Shown here: in pieces, positions 7,366-15,623 of the stretch
Layout of the letters: each line of letters starts with the position of its first letter
Position numbering within the stretch: position 1 is the first letter of the stretch
Assembly: GCA_027295775.1 (NCBI GenBank)
Contig: JAPUKG010000192.1
Span: forward strand, 1 to 38,167
Direction of reading: 5' to 3'
Origin: Pseudomonadota bacterium
GTDB taxonomy: Bacteria; Myxococcota_A; UBA9160; UBA4427
DNA length: 38,167 nucleotides
Notes under the pieces: model-generated
The model's input: only the letters and a program-made list of their open reading frames with translations
What the model was told of the DNA's origin: nothing
Databases searched by the model: none
Program-made: the position numbers and the translations under genes

Positions 7366-8727
7366 TCACTCCAGGTAGCCCAGCTCCCGGAGCTCCTCGC
7401 GCTCCTCGGGACTCAGCCGAGGGGCGGCGCGATTCTCCACGTCCGGCGGGATCCGCGCCCGGAGCGCGGTGTCCATGCGCGCCGCGCGCTCGGGCTCCCG
7501 GTCGATCAGATTGCTCGCTTCACGGGGGTCGCGCTCGAGGTCGTAGAGCTCGTGTCGCCCGTCCGAGGACTGGATGTACTTGTAGGGCCAAGCGAAGAGC
7601 GCGCGGCGCACGCGCCGGAAGCGGGCGCCCCAGTGCGGATTCAGCAGGTCGGCGGTGCGGCTGTAGCGGTTCTCGGCGATGGGTGCCTCGTCGCCGGGAC
7701 CGCGCGGGAAGAGCGGCGCGAGCTCGCCGGCGAGCTCGGGGCCGAGCTCTCCGACGATCATGCGGGTCACCTGGGCGGAGGAGACCGGGACGTCCACGCG
7801 GCGCCCCGCCCGCTGCCCCGCCGACTTGATCGCCAACGGGATCCAGAGCGCCTCCTGGTAGATGTCCTTCGAGTGCTCGACGAGGCCGTGCTCTCCGAAG
7901 TACTCGCCGTGGTCGGAGGTCACGACCACGACCGACTCGTCCCACAGGCCCATGTCCTCGAGGGCGTCGAGTAGCTCGCCCGCCGCCGCGTCCGTGTGGG
8001 ACAGCGCCCTGTCGTACTGGTCGATGACGCCGCGGACCAGCTCGTCGGAGACGGGGCCGTCTCCGGCCATGGCCTGCTGGCGCAGCTGGTCCAGGATCCG
8101 CAGGTCGCGCGGCGGATCGAAGTCGGCCCGGGGCGACACGTGGTAGGGCCGGTGACTGTCCATGTAGTTCACGAAGAGCAGGAAGGGACCGTCCCGGTGC
8201 GCCTCGAGCCAGGGCAGGACGCGCCGGTTGACCGCGCGGGCGCGCTCCCGGTGTACCTCCCAGGTCTGGAAGCCCTGATCGAGCTGCAGCCGCCGGGCCA
8301 GGAACGCGGTGTTGGCGGCGAAGCCCGCGGTCGCGAACCCGCGCGCGGCCAGGGCTTCGGCGAGGGTCAGCCGCTCCAGCGGCAGCGGGTAGGCGTTGCT
8401 CACGTCTTCGTCGACGGCGAACGAAACCGCGCCGTGCTGCGATGGATCGAGCCCGGTGAAGAGCGAGGCGTGGGTGGGGAGCGTCCACGGGGCGGAGGCG
8501 AAGGCGCGAGTGTAGAGGGTGGCCGATCCCGCGAATGCGTCGATCCGGGGCGAGGTGGGGCGTTCGTAGCCGTAGACGCCCAGGTGATCCGCCCGGACGG
8601 TATCGGCCACGATCAGCACCACATTCACCGCCGCCGGGGAGACGCCCTCGGCCGGCTCCGACCCGCAACCCGGGGAGATCCCCGCCAGCAAGGCCAGCGG
8701 CGCGAGGCGACGCGCGCAATCGATCAC
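7366..8727 (-). CDS. Sulfatase-fold (alkaline phosphatase superfamily) lipoprotein paralog, Thr at the nucleophile position
   Basis: GTG start. MIDCARRLAPLALLAGISPGC, then VVLIVADTVRADHLGVYGYERPTSPRID and APWTLPTHASLFTG (Thr82, codon 8484-8482). VVVTSDHGEYFGEHG is also present. C-terminus ...LRELGYLE mirrors ...LRALGYVE of the convergent paralog. Confidence 0.9.
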   Translation of the reverse strand: MIDCARRLAPLALLAGISPGCGSEPAEGVSPAAVNVVLIVADTVRADHLGVYGYERPTSPRIDAFAGSATLYTRAFASAPWTLPTHASLFTGLDPSQHGAVSFAVDEDVSNAYPLPLERLTLAEALAARGFATAGFAANTAFLARRLQLDQGFQTWEVHRERARAVNRRVLPWLEAHRDGPFLLFVNYMDSHRPYHVSPRADFDPPRDLRILDQLRQQAMAGDGPVSDELVRGVIDQYDRALSHTDAAAGELLDALEDMGLWDESVVVVTSDHGEYFGEHGLVEHSKDIYQEALWIPLAIKSAGQRAGRRVDVPVSSAQVTRMIVGELGPELAGELAPLFPRGPGDEAPIAENRYSRTADLLNPHWGARFRRVRRALFAWPYKYIQSSDGRHELYDLERDPREASNLIDREPERAARMDTALRARIPPDVENRAAPRLSPEEREELRELGYLE

Positions 8728-8766
8728 GGGCGCCGAGGATAGGGGACGTTGGTTGAAAAGTGGAGC

Positions 8767-10248
8767 TCAGGCGGCGCGGGCCAGCAGCTCCATCATCTCG
8801 GATCGCGAGGGGCCGAGCACCTGCGGCTCGCGCTCCTCGCGCCGGCGGTATGCGGCGAGGATCCGCTGCATGAGGACCGGGTCGCGCATCAGGTCGGTGG
8901 GCGATTCGAGCAGGTTGAACACCCGCATGAACGCGCGCAGCAGCACCAGGTCCTCGCGCAGCCCGGGCACCAGGCCCTCGCGGATGACCGAGCGCATGAA
9001 GGCGCGGGGGTTCGCCGTTCCGTCTTCGCGTTGGGTGGCGAAGGGGTCGACGCCCTGGCGCTGCAGTGCCTCGACCTCGATCGCGTCCCGGTCCTGCATC
9101 AGCGCCGCGTCGTACCAGGGCGTGATCTCGCGCTCGACGTCCTCGTGAAGCGCCAGCGCGAAGGCGCGCAGGTCGTCCGGCTCGCGGTCCAGGGCGTCGG
9201 CCAACAGGAAGGCGCCCACCCAGGCCAGCGTGCAGCCCCGCCCGGTGATGGGGTTCGTGTGGATGAGTGCGTCGCCGATCGGGAAGAGGCCCAGCGCCAG
9301 CGGCTCCCCGTCGTCCACGAAGTGGCGGCGGGAATTCTGGAGCATGCCCATCCCATGCACCTCGGTGATGGGCTCGGAGACGGCGGGATCGATCCAGGGC
9401 CGCACCGCCGGGAACTCCCGGGCGGCGGCCTCGAAGGCGCGCACGCGCAGAACCGAGCGCAGCGTGTCGTCGTCGGGTGAGGCGGCCAGCGTCACCGAGA
9501 AGATGCGCGAGTCGCCCGGAAAGACGGCGTACTTCATGTAGCCGAGGTCGGCGCCGATGGCGCCTTCCATGACCGGGGGCTCGACCCCGTCGAGGAGCCG
9601 GTAGAAGCGCGAGCTGTAGAAGATGCCGCAGGGCTCCGAGTCCTCGCGCAGCGGCCGTCCGCCGATCGCCTCGAGCCAGTGGGGGAGCCGCGAGCGGCGC
9701 CCGGAGGCGTCCACCACGAGATCCGCGGAGAGGCTCGTGTGTTCGTCGCCGCGACGGACGCGCACGCCGGTGACGAGGGGCGGCCCCCCGCTGCCCGACT
9801 CCGCCTCGAGGCCCTGCACGTCCACGCCGTCGAGGAACTTCACCCTTCCGCTGTCGAGCACGTGCCGGCGCAACACCCACTCGAAGGTGATGCGGCGGCA
9901 GGCCAGCAGCGTGATCTCCTCGTCCTCGGGCAGCAGCTCCGAATCCGAAAAGTGTTGACGGGCCATGTCGGTGAAGCGCAGGGGCTCCGCCCCGTGCTCT
10001 CGCAGGCTCGCGTACAGATCCGGCGCCCGGTCGAGGATCAGGTTGTGGAGCCGCGCCAGAAACGCGTGGGAGTGGCGGGTCTGGGGCGAGCCCCGGCGGT
10101 CCCAGGTCTCGAAGGCCTCGATCGGGCTCGGCGGCAGCGGTGTGGCGTCGCGCTCGAGGATCGTGACCCGGTGGCCGAGGCTCGAGAGGGCGAGACCAAC
10201 CCCCAGGCCTGCGACGCTTCCCCCGACGACGACGACCTGCTTCCCCAT
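8767..10248 (-). CDS. FAD-dependent oxidoreductase/monooxygenase
   Basis: N-terminal Rossmann motif MGKQVVVVGGSVAGLGVGLALSSLGHRVTILERD. It has DLVVDASGRRS and a late GD-type motif (FPIGDALIHTNPITGRGCT). It is the last gene of the tetR-LLM operon. Confidence 0.85.
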   Translation of the reverse strand: MGKQVVVVGGSVAGLGVGLALSSLGHRVTILERDATPLPPSPIEAFETWDRRGSPQTRHSHAFLARLHNLILDRAPDLYASLREHGAEPLRFTDMARQHFSDSELLPEDEEITLLACRRITFEWVLRRHVLDSGRVKFLDGVDVQGLEAESGSGGPPLVTGVRVRRGDEHTSLSADLVVDASGRRSRLPHWLEAIGGRPLREDSEPCGIFYSSRFYRLLDGVEPPVMEGAIGADLGYMKYAVFPGDSRIFSVTLAASPDDDTLRSVLRVRAFEAAAREFPAVRPWIDPAVSEPITEVHGMGMLQNSRRHFVDDGEPLALGLFPIGDALIHTNPITGRGCTLAWVGAFLLADALDREPDDLRAFALALHEDVEREITPWYDAALMQDRDAIEVEALQRQGVDPFATQREDGTANPRAFMRSVIREGLVPGLREDLVLLRAFMRVFNLLESPTDLMRDPVLMQRILAAYRRREEREPQVLGPSRSEMMELLARAA

Positions 10249-10308
10249 GCCCTACCGGATGCCCAGAATGGTGCTCATGCCCAGAGTGATGCCAGGGCGC
10301 GGGCGGCG

Positions 10309-11493
10309 CTACGCCGCCTCGCCCTTCTCCTTTTCCTTCTTGGCCACCTGCTCCCGGTTGTGTTTCTGCATCTCGTTGCCGATGGCCTGGGTCATGGCGC
10401 CGATGAACGTGGGCCGGTTCTCCGCGGCCCAGGTCATGCTGTCCTCGCGCCCGGTGTTCGTCTGCTGGAAGCGCGGCGCCACGTAGCGCGCGAAGAGCTC
10501 GTAGCTCTCCAGCGTGGCCTCCCAGTCCGCCCAGTTGTGGGCCATGTGCAGGAAGCAGCCGAAGCCGCCGGACTGGTCCACGAGCTTGTCCATCTGGGCC
10601 ACGGCGTCGTCGACGTCGCCGATCACCGCGAAGCCCGAGTTGTTCAGGGCGTCGATGGCGTCGTCGACGCTGCCCGGAGGGGCGAGGGGGAGCGCCGCCA
10701 CCTCCTGGAAGTAGCGGAGCCACTCCTTCAGGCCGAAGCGCACGTTCTCGCGGGCCTTCTCGCGCGTCTCGGCGATGTGGATCGGTCCCACCAGGCGCCA
10801 TCCCGCGCGGTCCACCGTCTGCCCGTGCTCCTGGGCCTTGTCCGTGCAGATTCCCCAGTTGGTGGCGAGCGCGTTGAAGCCGCCACTCGTGGTGGCGCCG
10901 ATCGAGAGCAGCGACACGCCGTGCTTGCCCGCCGCCCGGGCGCCCGACGGCGAGATCTGGGACGCCACCGCGATCTCCACGTGGGGCTCGGTGTAGGGCC
11001 GAAGCTGGAGGCGCGCGTCGACCAGCTTGAACCAATCGGTCTCGTGACTCACGATCTCGCCGCGCAGCAGCGGCGCGAGCACGCCGAGCGCCTCGTCCAT
11101 CATGTCGCGCTGGCGCAGTACGTCGATCCCCATCATGAACGCGTCCGACGGCAGCGCGCCGGGCCCGACGCCGAACATCACCCGACCCCGGGTCTGGTGG
11201 TCGAGCTGATTGATGCGGTCGGCCAGGATCAGGGGGTGGTGATACGGCAGGGAAGAGACGCCGGTTCCCAGCTTGATGTGCCGGGTCCGCTCGGCGGCGG
11301 CGGCAATGAAGACCTCCGGCGACGCGATGATCTCGAAGCCCGCCGAGTGGTGCTCGCCGATCCACGCCTCCTCGTAGCCCAGCCGCTCCAGGTGCTCGAC
11401 CAGCTCGAAGTCGCGCCGCATGGCGAGATCCGGGTTCTCGTTCACGGGGTGGAACGGCGCAATGAACGCGCCGAAGCGCATGCGGGGGCTCAT
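10309..11493 (-). CDS. LLM-class (bacterial luciferase-like) flavin-dependent monooxygenase
   Basis: MRFGAFIAPFHP...LERLGYEEAWIGEHHSAGFEIIASPEVFIAAAAERTRHIKLGTGV is typical of luciferase-like monooxygenases (LimB-like). A strong SD (AAAGGAGA) sits 5 nt upstream of the ATG on the minus strand. Confidence 0.9.
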   Translation of the reverse strand: MSPRMRFGAFIAPFHPVNENPDLAMRRDFELVEHLERLGYEEAWIGEHHSAGFEIIASPEVFIAAAAERTRHIKLGTGVSSLPYHHPLILADRINQLDHQTRGRVMFGVGPGALPSDAFMMGIDVLRQRDMMDEALGVLAPLLRGEIVSHETDWFKLVDARLQLRPYTEPHVEIAVASQISPSGARAAGKHGVSLLSIGATTSGGFNALATNWGICTDKAQEHGQTVDRAGWRLVGPIHIAETREKARENVRFGLKEWLRYFQEVAALPLAPPGSVDDAIDALNNSGFAVIGDVDDAVAQMDKLVDQSGGFGCFLHMAHNWADWEATLESYELFARYVAPRFQQTNTGREDSMTWAAENRPTFIGAMTQAIGNEMQKHNREQVAKKEKEKGEAA

Positions 11494-11504
11494 CGGGATC
11501 TCCT

Positions 11505-12161
11505 TTACGCTCTCGTTGCTGCTCTTGTCGTCGCTCTTGTCATCGGATGGGACTCGGGCTCGACGAGGCCCCGGAGCAGGACCTCGAGAAACTGGGCGCG
11601 GATCTCCGCGGGCTCGACTTCGCCGGGCTCGTAGACCGCGCCCGACAGGATCGCCAACGACGTCGACAGGAACACCGCCGCCGCCAGGCGTGGGGGCACG
11701 CCCCGGCGCAGCTCTCCCCGCTCCTGGCCCCGGCGCACGATGTCCTCGATCAGCTCGCGCAGGTCGGTCTCGTGCTCCTCGGCGTGGAGCAGCGACTCGG
11801 GCGTCGCCAGGAAGTCCCGCAGCATGGCGGTCATGACCGGTGCCCGCTCCAGCCAGCCGCGGCCCAGGTGATCCACCAGGCGTCCGAGCTCCTCCACGGC
11901 GCTCTCCCCCGGCGGCCCGGCGCTCGCAGCGAACTCCCCCGCCATCTCGCGATGGAACTCGAAGAGCAGCGCGGATTTGGAAGGGAAGTGGAGGAAGAAG
12001 GTTCCGCGCGCCACGTCTGCGGCCTCACAGATCTGCTCGAGCGTGACCTCATCGAAGCCGCGCTCGGCAAAGAGCTGCATGGCCGCGCTGTAGATCTCGC
12101 GGCGCGTGCGCTCCTTCTTGCGGGCGCGCCGAGAGGCGGGGGCGGGAGCGACTTCAGCCAT
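11505..12161 (-). CDS. TetR/AcrR-family transcriptional regulator
   Basis: HTH region RREIYSAAMQLFAERGFDEVTLEQICEAADVARGTFFLHFPSK. It is the first gene of the minus-strand operon. Confidence 0.9.
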   Translation of the reverse strand: MAEVAPAPASRRARKKERTRREIYSAAMQLFAERGFDEVTLEQICEAADVARGTFFLHFPSKSALLFEFHREMAGEFAASAGPPGESAVEELGRLVDHLGRGWLERAPVMTAMLRDFLATPESLLHAEEHETDLRELIEDIVRRGQERGELRRGVPPRLAAAVFLSTSLAILSGAVYEPGEVEPAEIRAQFLEVLLRGLVEPESHPMTRATTRAATRA

Positions 12162-12176
12162 AAAATGAAGTCTGGC

Positions 12177-12186
12177 CCATTAATGG
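12177..12186. promoter_or_regulatory. Perfect AT-rich palindrome CCATTAATGG, candidate TetR operator
   Basis: A 10-bp perfect palindrome 16 nt upstream of the TetR start codon, in a locally AT-rich stretch of a GC-rich genome. Flanks are only partly symmetric. The link to TetR is inference. Confidence 0.3.
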
Positions 12187-12325
12187 ACTTGAGTCTACCA
12201 AAGCGGGCAACTCGACGAAATCCGAGGGGATTCGACCTAAGGACAGGCGTGGAAAACACCGATATCCATCGGCTCCCGTCAAACGTCGTCTCGCCCGAGC
12301 AACCGCGAGAAGCAAAGGAGCCCCT

Positions 12326-12481
12326 TTGGACCGCCCCACCGTGCTCGTGACCTGCTGCCTGTGCGGCCGGCTCCACGAGCCCATCCGACCCCTCGAGACG
12401 AATCCGATCTGCGCTGGGTGCGCCCCGAGGATCGGCATCGGCCCGTCGCTCGCTGGCCCCCGTTTCGGAAGCTCCCGCTGA
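12326..12481 (+). CDS. Small (51 aa) Cys-rich, zinc-ribbon-like protein; not in the ORF track (too short)
   Basis: AAGGAG at 12315-12320, a 5-nt spacer, then TTG at 12326. Translation: MDRPTVLVTCCLCGRLHEPIRPLETNPICAGCAPRIGIGPSLAGPRFGSSR, with C-x-C and C-x-x-C pairs 15 residues apart. GC-rich third positions. TGA at 12479-12481 is followed by two GC hairpins. Confidence 0.4.
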   Translation: MDRPTVLVTCCLCGRLHEPIRPLETNPICAGCAPRIGIGPSLAGPRFGSSR

Positions 12482-12486
12482 GACGG

Positions 12487-12521
12487 CGCCCTCTCCGAGA
12501 GGGCGACCCGCCTCGGGGCGG
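12487..12521. terminator. Two tandem GC-rich hairpins between convergent genes
   Basis: CGCCCTC-TCCGA-GAGGGCG (7 bp, 12487-12505) and CCGCC-TCGG-GGCGG (5 bp, 12508-12521). There is no U-tract, so intrinsic-terminator function is uncertain. Confidence 0.3.
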
Positions 12522-12869
12522 CTACCAGCCCGCCCCGACCAGGCTCTCCACCAGCACGTTCAGCACCGCCAGCAGCAGGGCCCCCACCAGGGCCGGCAGG
12601 AACCCCCTCACCTTGAAGCCGGGCACGATCACCGCGCTCAGCTTGAGCATCGCAGCGTTCACCACGAGCAGGAAGAGCCCGAACGTGACCAGCGTGAGGG
12701 GGAGGGTGAGCAATATGGCGAGGGGCTTCACGAGCGCGTTCACGAATCCCAGGACCAGCGCCGCCAGGAGCGCGGAGATCGCGCCGCCGACCCGGATTCC
12801 CGGTACCAGCGCAGCCACGAGCAGGAGCAGGGCCGCGGAGACGACCAGGTGTGCAAGAAAGGAAGTCAT
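12522..12869 (-). CDS. Phage-holin-4/DUF360 (YvlD-like) small 4-TM membrane protein
   Basis: 115 aa. LVLGFVNALVKPLAILLTLPLTLVTFGLFLLVVNAAMLKL and the overall pattern match my memory of PF04020. Confidence 0.8.
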   Translation of the reverse strand: MTSFLAHLVVSAALLLLVAALVPGIRVGGAISALLAALVLGFVNALVKPLAILLTLPLTLVTFGLFLLVVNAAMLKLSAVIVPGFKVRGFLPALVGALLLAVLNVLVESLVGAGW

Positions 12870-12973
12870 GGGCGACGAGCGGCGATCGCGAATCGATCGG
12901 AGGTCATGGACGACTAGCGTAGGTCAACCTACGATTCTCGCTGCAGGCAACGCGTTCGCATTTCGGAGTCTCC

Positions 12974-13816
12974 ATGTCGGGTGTGCCCGAGGCCAGTGCG
13001 TTCGTGGATGCCCTGACCCCCGCTCTTCGCCAGGCGGCCGCGGTCGCCCGCAAGCTCGAGGGTCGGGTCCAGAACGAGCCCAAGAGCGGCGAGACCACGC
13101 CGGCGAAGCAGGCGTTGACGGCAGCCGACATCGCGACCCAGGAGGCGCTCCTGGGCCCGTTGCTCCAGCACTTCCCGGACGTCTCACTCGAAGCGGAGGA
13201 AGACACCCCCAGCGCGGAGCGCTTCCCGGAAGGCCGCGACGCACTCGTCGTGATCGATCCGATCGACGGAACTCTCCACTCCTACCTCGGTGGCGAAGGC
13301 CCGTACGCCATCATGGTCGGACTGGCCGTGGCGCGACGCTACCAGGCCGCCCTGGTCGCGCTGCCACGCGAGGGGCTGTTCTTCTCGGCGGTGCGGGGCG
13401 CCGGCGCCCTGTTCTCCCGTGCCACGGGGCCCGTCCGTCCCGCGCGGATCACGGTGGACGGGAGCCGTGTGCTGGTCTCCCACGGCATGCCCGAGGCCGT
13501 GGGAGAGAGGCTGCGCGCAAGCGGACTCGACGTCCTGCCCGCCTGCGGCGGCGCCGTGGCCGTGGCGCCGCTCCTCCCCGGCGTCCGCGCCGGGCTCCGC
13601 TTTGCTCCGGCCAGCGAAGGTGTGAGCATCCGCGGGCGGATCGGTGCCCTGATCGCGGCGGAGGCCGGCGCTGTCGTGCGGGGCGCCGGCGGCGCGTTTC
13701 CAGACGACCTCGACACGCCGGCGCCCGTCCTCGCGGTGGCCCACCACGAGAGCGACCTGCCGATCCTGAACGACGCCCTCCGCGCCGCCGGGCTCGACGA
13801 CTACATCTTGGTGTAG
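12974..13816 (+). CDS. Inositol monophosphatase / CysQ-family phosphatase
   Basis: Metal-binding motifs LEAEED and VVIDPIDGT. GGAG SD 5 nt upstream of the ATG. Confidence 0.85.
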   Translation: MSGVPEASAFVDALTPALRQAAAVARKLEGRVQNEPKSGETTPAKQALTAADIATQEALLGPLLQHFPDVSLEAEEDTPSAERFPEGRDALVVIDPIDGTLHSYLGGEGPYAIMVGLAVARRYQAALVALPREGLFFSAVRGAGALFSRATGPVRPARITVDGSRVLVSHGMPEAVGERLRASGLDVLPACGGAVAVAPLLPGVRAGLRFAPASEGVSIRGRIGALIAAEAGAVVRGAGGAFPDDLDTPAPVLAVAHHESDLPILNDALRAAGLDDYILV

Positions 13817-15492
13817 TCGGGGCCCTCCCCGCCCTCGGGCGTGGTCCAGGTGATCACCTGATAGGGGTCGGCGATGTCGCAGGTCTTGCAGTGGACGCAG
13901 TTCTCGTGGTGGATGAAGAGCTTCTTGCGCCCCGGGTTGTCCGTGTCCGGCACCATCTCGTAGACCGCCGCTGGGCAGAAGCTCTCGCACGGATTGCCGT
14001 ACTCCTCGGCGCAGGTGGTGCTGCACAGGTCCGTGTCCGCCACCACCAGGTGCGACGGCTGGTCCACCTCGTGCTGGGCCCCGCTGAAGCCCACCAGGTG
14101 CTCCTTGCTGAAGGTGAGGATCCCGTCGAACTCGAACTCCGGCTTCTTCCGCTTCTCCGGCGGCAGCTCCCACAGCTTTTTCATCTTGCGGTGACCGGCC
14201 TCGGAGGGCAGGTGGTCCCGCAGGCCCCGCCCCTTGGTGGCGAGCATCACCGGCGTGTTGAGCATGGCGAAGAGCGGCGAGATGTTGGCGGCGCCGTGGA
14301 AGTTGCGGGCCTCCCGGTGCTCGTCGTAGGCCCAGCTTCCCCGGTACCGCTCCGTGTATCCACCCAGTGTGGTCGAGCTGAAGTCCTTGTCGGCCAGGGC
14401 ATCGACGATGGCCTCCGCCGCCATCATTCCCGACTTCATGGCCAGGTGGACGCCGGACAGGCGGAAGGCGTTGCAGAATCCGCCGGAGTCGCCGATCAGC
14501 ATGGCACCGTCGCAGTAGAGCTTGGGCATGGCGAACAGGCCGCCAGTCGGGATCGCCTTGGCGCCGTAGCGGATGAGCTCCCCGCCCTCGAGGATCTTCC
14601 GCATGAAGGACGTTGTCTTGAACTTCTGGGCGTTCAGGTGCGGGTCGTTGTGCGGGTTCTCGGAGTCGAGCACCGTCACGTACCCGAACGAGACCAGGTC
14701 GTCCTGCATGTCGTAAAGCCACATGCCGTCGAACTGGGACAGCATGTCGGGCAGCAGCGCCCCGTGGATGACACGGCCGGGCTTGTGGTTCTCCGGCTTG
14801 ACTCGCCAGATCTCCTTGATCCCGGTCTCGTAGGTCTCCGGGTGGTCGCCACCCAGATCGAACCGGTCGATCAGCTGCTTGGTCAGACTGCCGCGCCCGC
14901 CCTCGCCCAGGACGGTCACCTTCGCGAGGATGTCCATGCCGGGCTGGAAATTGGGCTTGCGCTTGCCCTCCTTGTCGACACCCATGTCGCCGGTCCGAAT
15001 GCCCAGCACGCGCCGGCCCTCGGTCAGGATCTGGTCGCCGGCGAAGCCGGGGTAGATCTCGACGCCCACCTCTTCGCACTTCTCGCCCAACCACTTGGCC
15101 ACGTTGGAGAGCGACGCCACGTAGTAGCCCTTCTTGGCGAAGTTGGGCGGCGTGATGGGCGCGCGCAGTGCGAGCTTCTTGGTGAAGACGTAGAAGGAGG
15201 CGTCGGTGCACACGTACTCGATGGGGAACCCCTGGTCGACGAAGTCGGGCATCAGCTCCCGGATGCCCCGCGGATTGATCACCGCCCCGGACAGCATGTG
15301 GTCGCCCACGCCTGCCGACTTCTCGATCACGAGTACGGTCGGGGGCTCGATGGACTCGTCGCCCGCGGCCTCGGCCTTCTGGTTGTAGGCCTCGACCTGC
15401 TTCATGAGGTGGTAGGCGGAGGCCAGGTTGGCAGGGCCAGCGCCGACGTACAGGACGTCGACCTCCATGCTCTCGCGTTCGATTTCGCTCAT
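13801..15492 (-). CDS. Electron-transfer flavoprotein:ubiquinone oxidoreductase (ETF-QO)
   Basis: VDVLYVGAGPANLASAYHL (FAD binding), long conserved body, and a C-terminal 4Fe-4S region HHENCVHCKTCDIADPYQVITWTTPEGGEGPDYTKM. It overlaps the convergent IMPase gene by 16 nt. Confidence 0.93.
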   Translation of the reverse strand: MSEIERESMEVDVLYVGAGPANLASAYHLMKQVEAYNQKAEAAGDESIEPPTVLVIEKSAGVGDHMLSGAVINPRGIRELMPDFVDQGFPIEYVCTDASFYVFTKKLALRAPITPPNFAKKGYYVASLSNVAKWLGEKCEEVGVEIYPGFAGDQILTEGRRVLGIRTGDMGVDKEGKRKPNFQPGMDILAKVTVLGEGGRGSLTKQLIDRFDLGGDHPETYETGIKEIWRVKPENHKPGRVIHGALLPDMLSQFDGMWLYDMQDDLVSFGYVTVLDSENPHNDPHLNAQKFKTTSFMRKILEGGELIRYGAKAIPTGGLFAMPKLYCDGAMLIGDSGGFCNAFRLSGVHLAMKSGMMAAEAIVDALADKDFSSTTLGGYTERYRGSWAYDEHREARNFHGAANISPLFAMLNTPVMLATKGRGLRDHLPSEAGHRKMKKLWELPPEKRKKPEFEFDGILTFSKEHLVGFSGAQHEVDQPSHLVVADTDLCSTTCAEEYGNPCESFCPAAVYEMVPDTDNPGRKKLFIHHENCVHCKTCDIADPYQVITWTTPEGGEGPDYTKM

Positions 15493-15623
15493 CGGGGATC
15501 CCTTTCGGCGTGGTGGTGTCCGTTGGGCTGGCTCCCAATTTAGAGAAAGGGCCGATGGGGAACAAGGAACCGTTCCGGACAGGGTGACCCGAGGTCAGGA
15601 AGTGCGGGCCACGGAGGGGGCGG

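Noticed and set aside
7520-11365. 1281-aa ORF on the minus strand, the longest in the window
   Set aside because: It is extremely Arg/Pro/Gly/Ala-rich with no recognisable motif. It runs out of frame across three genes (sulfatase-fold, FAD oxidoreductase, LLM) that each have clear family signatures. This is a typical high-GC off-frame artefact.
12361-15565. 1060-aa plus-strand ORF (12361..15543) and 793-aa minus-strand ORF (13184..15565)
   Set aside because: Both are off-frame or antisense shadows of the holin-like, IMPase and ETF-QO genes. Both are Arg/Gly/Pro-rich with no domains.
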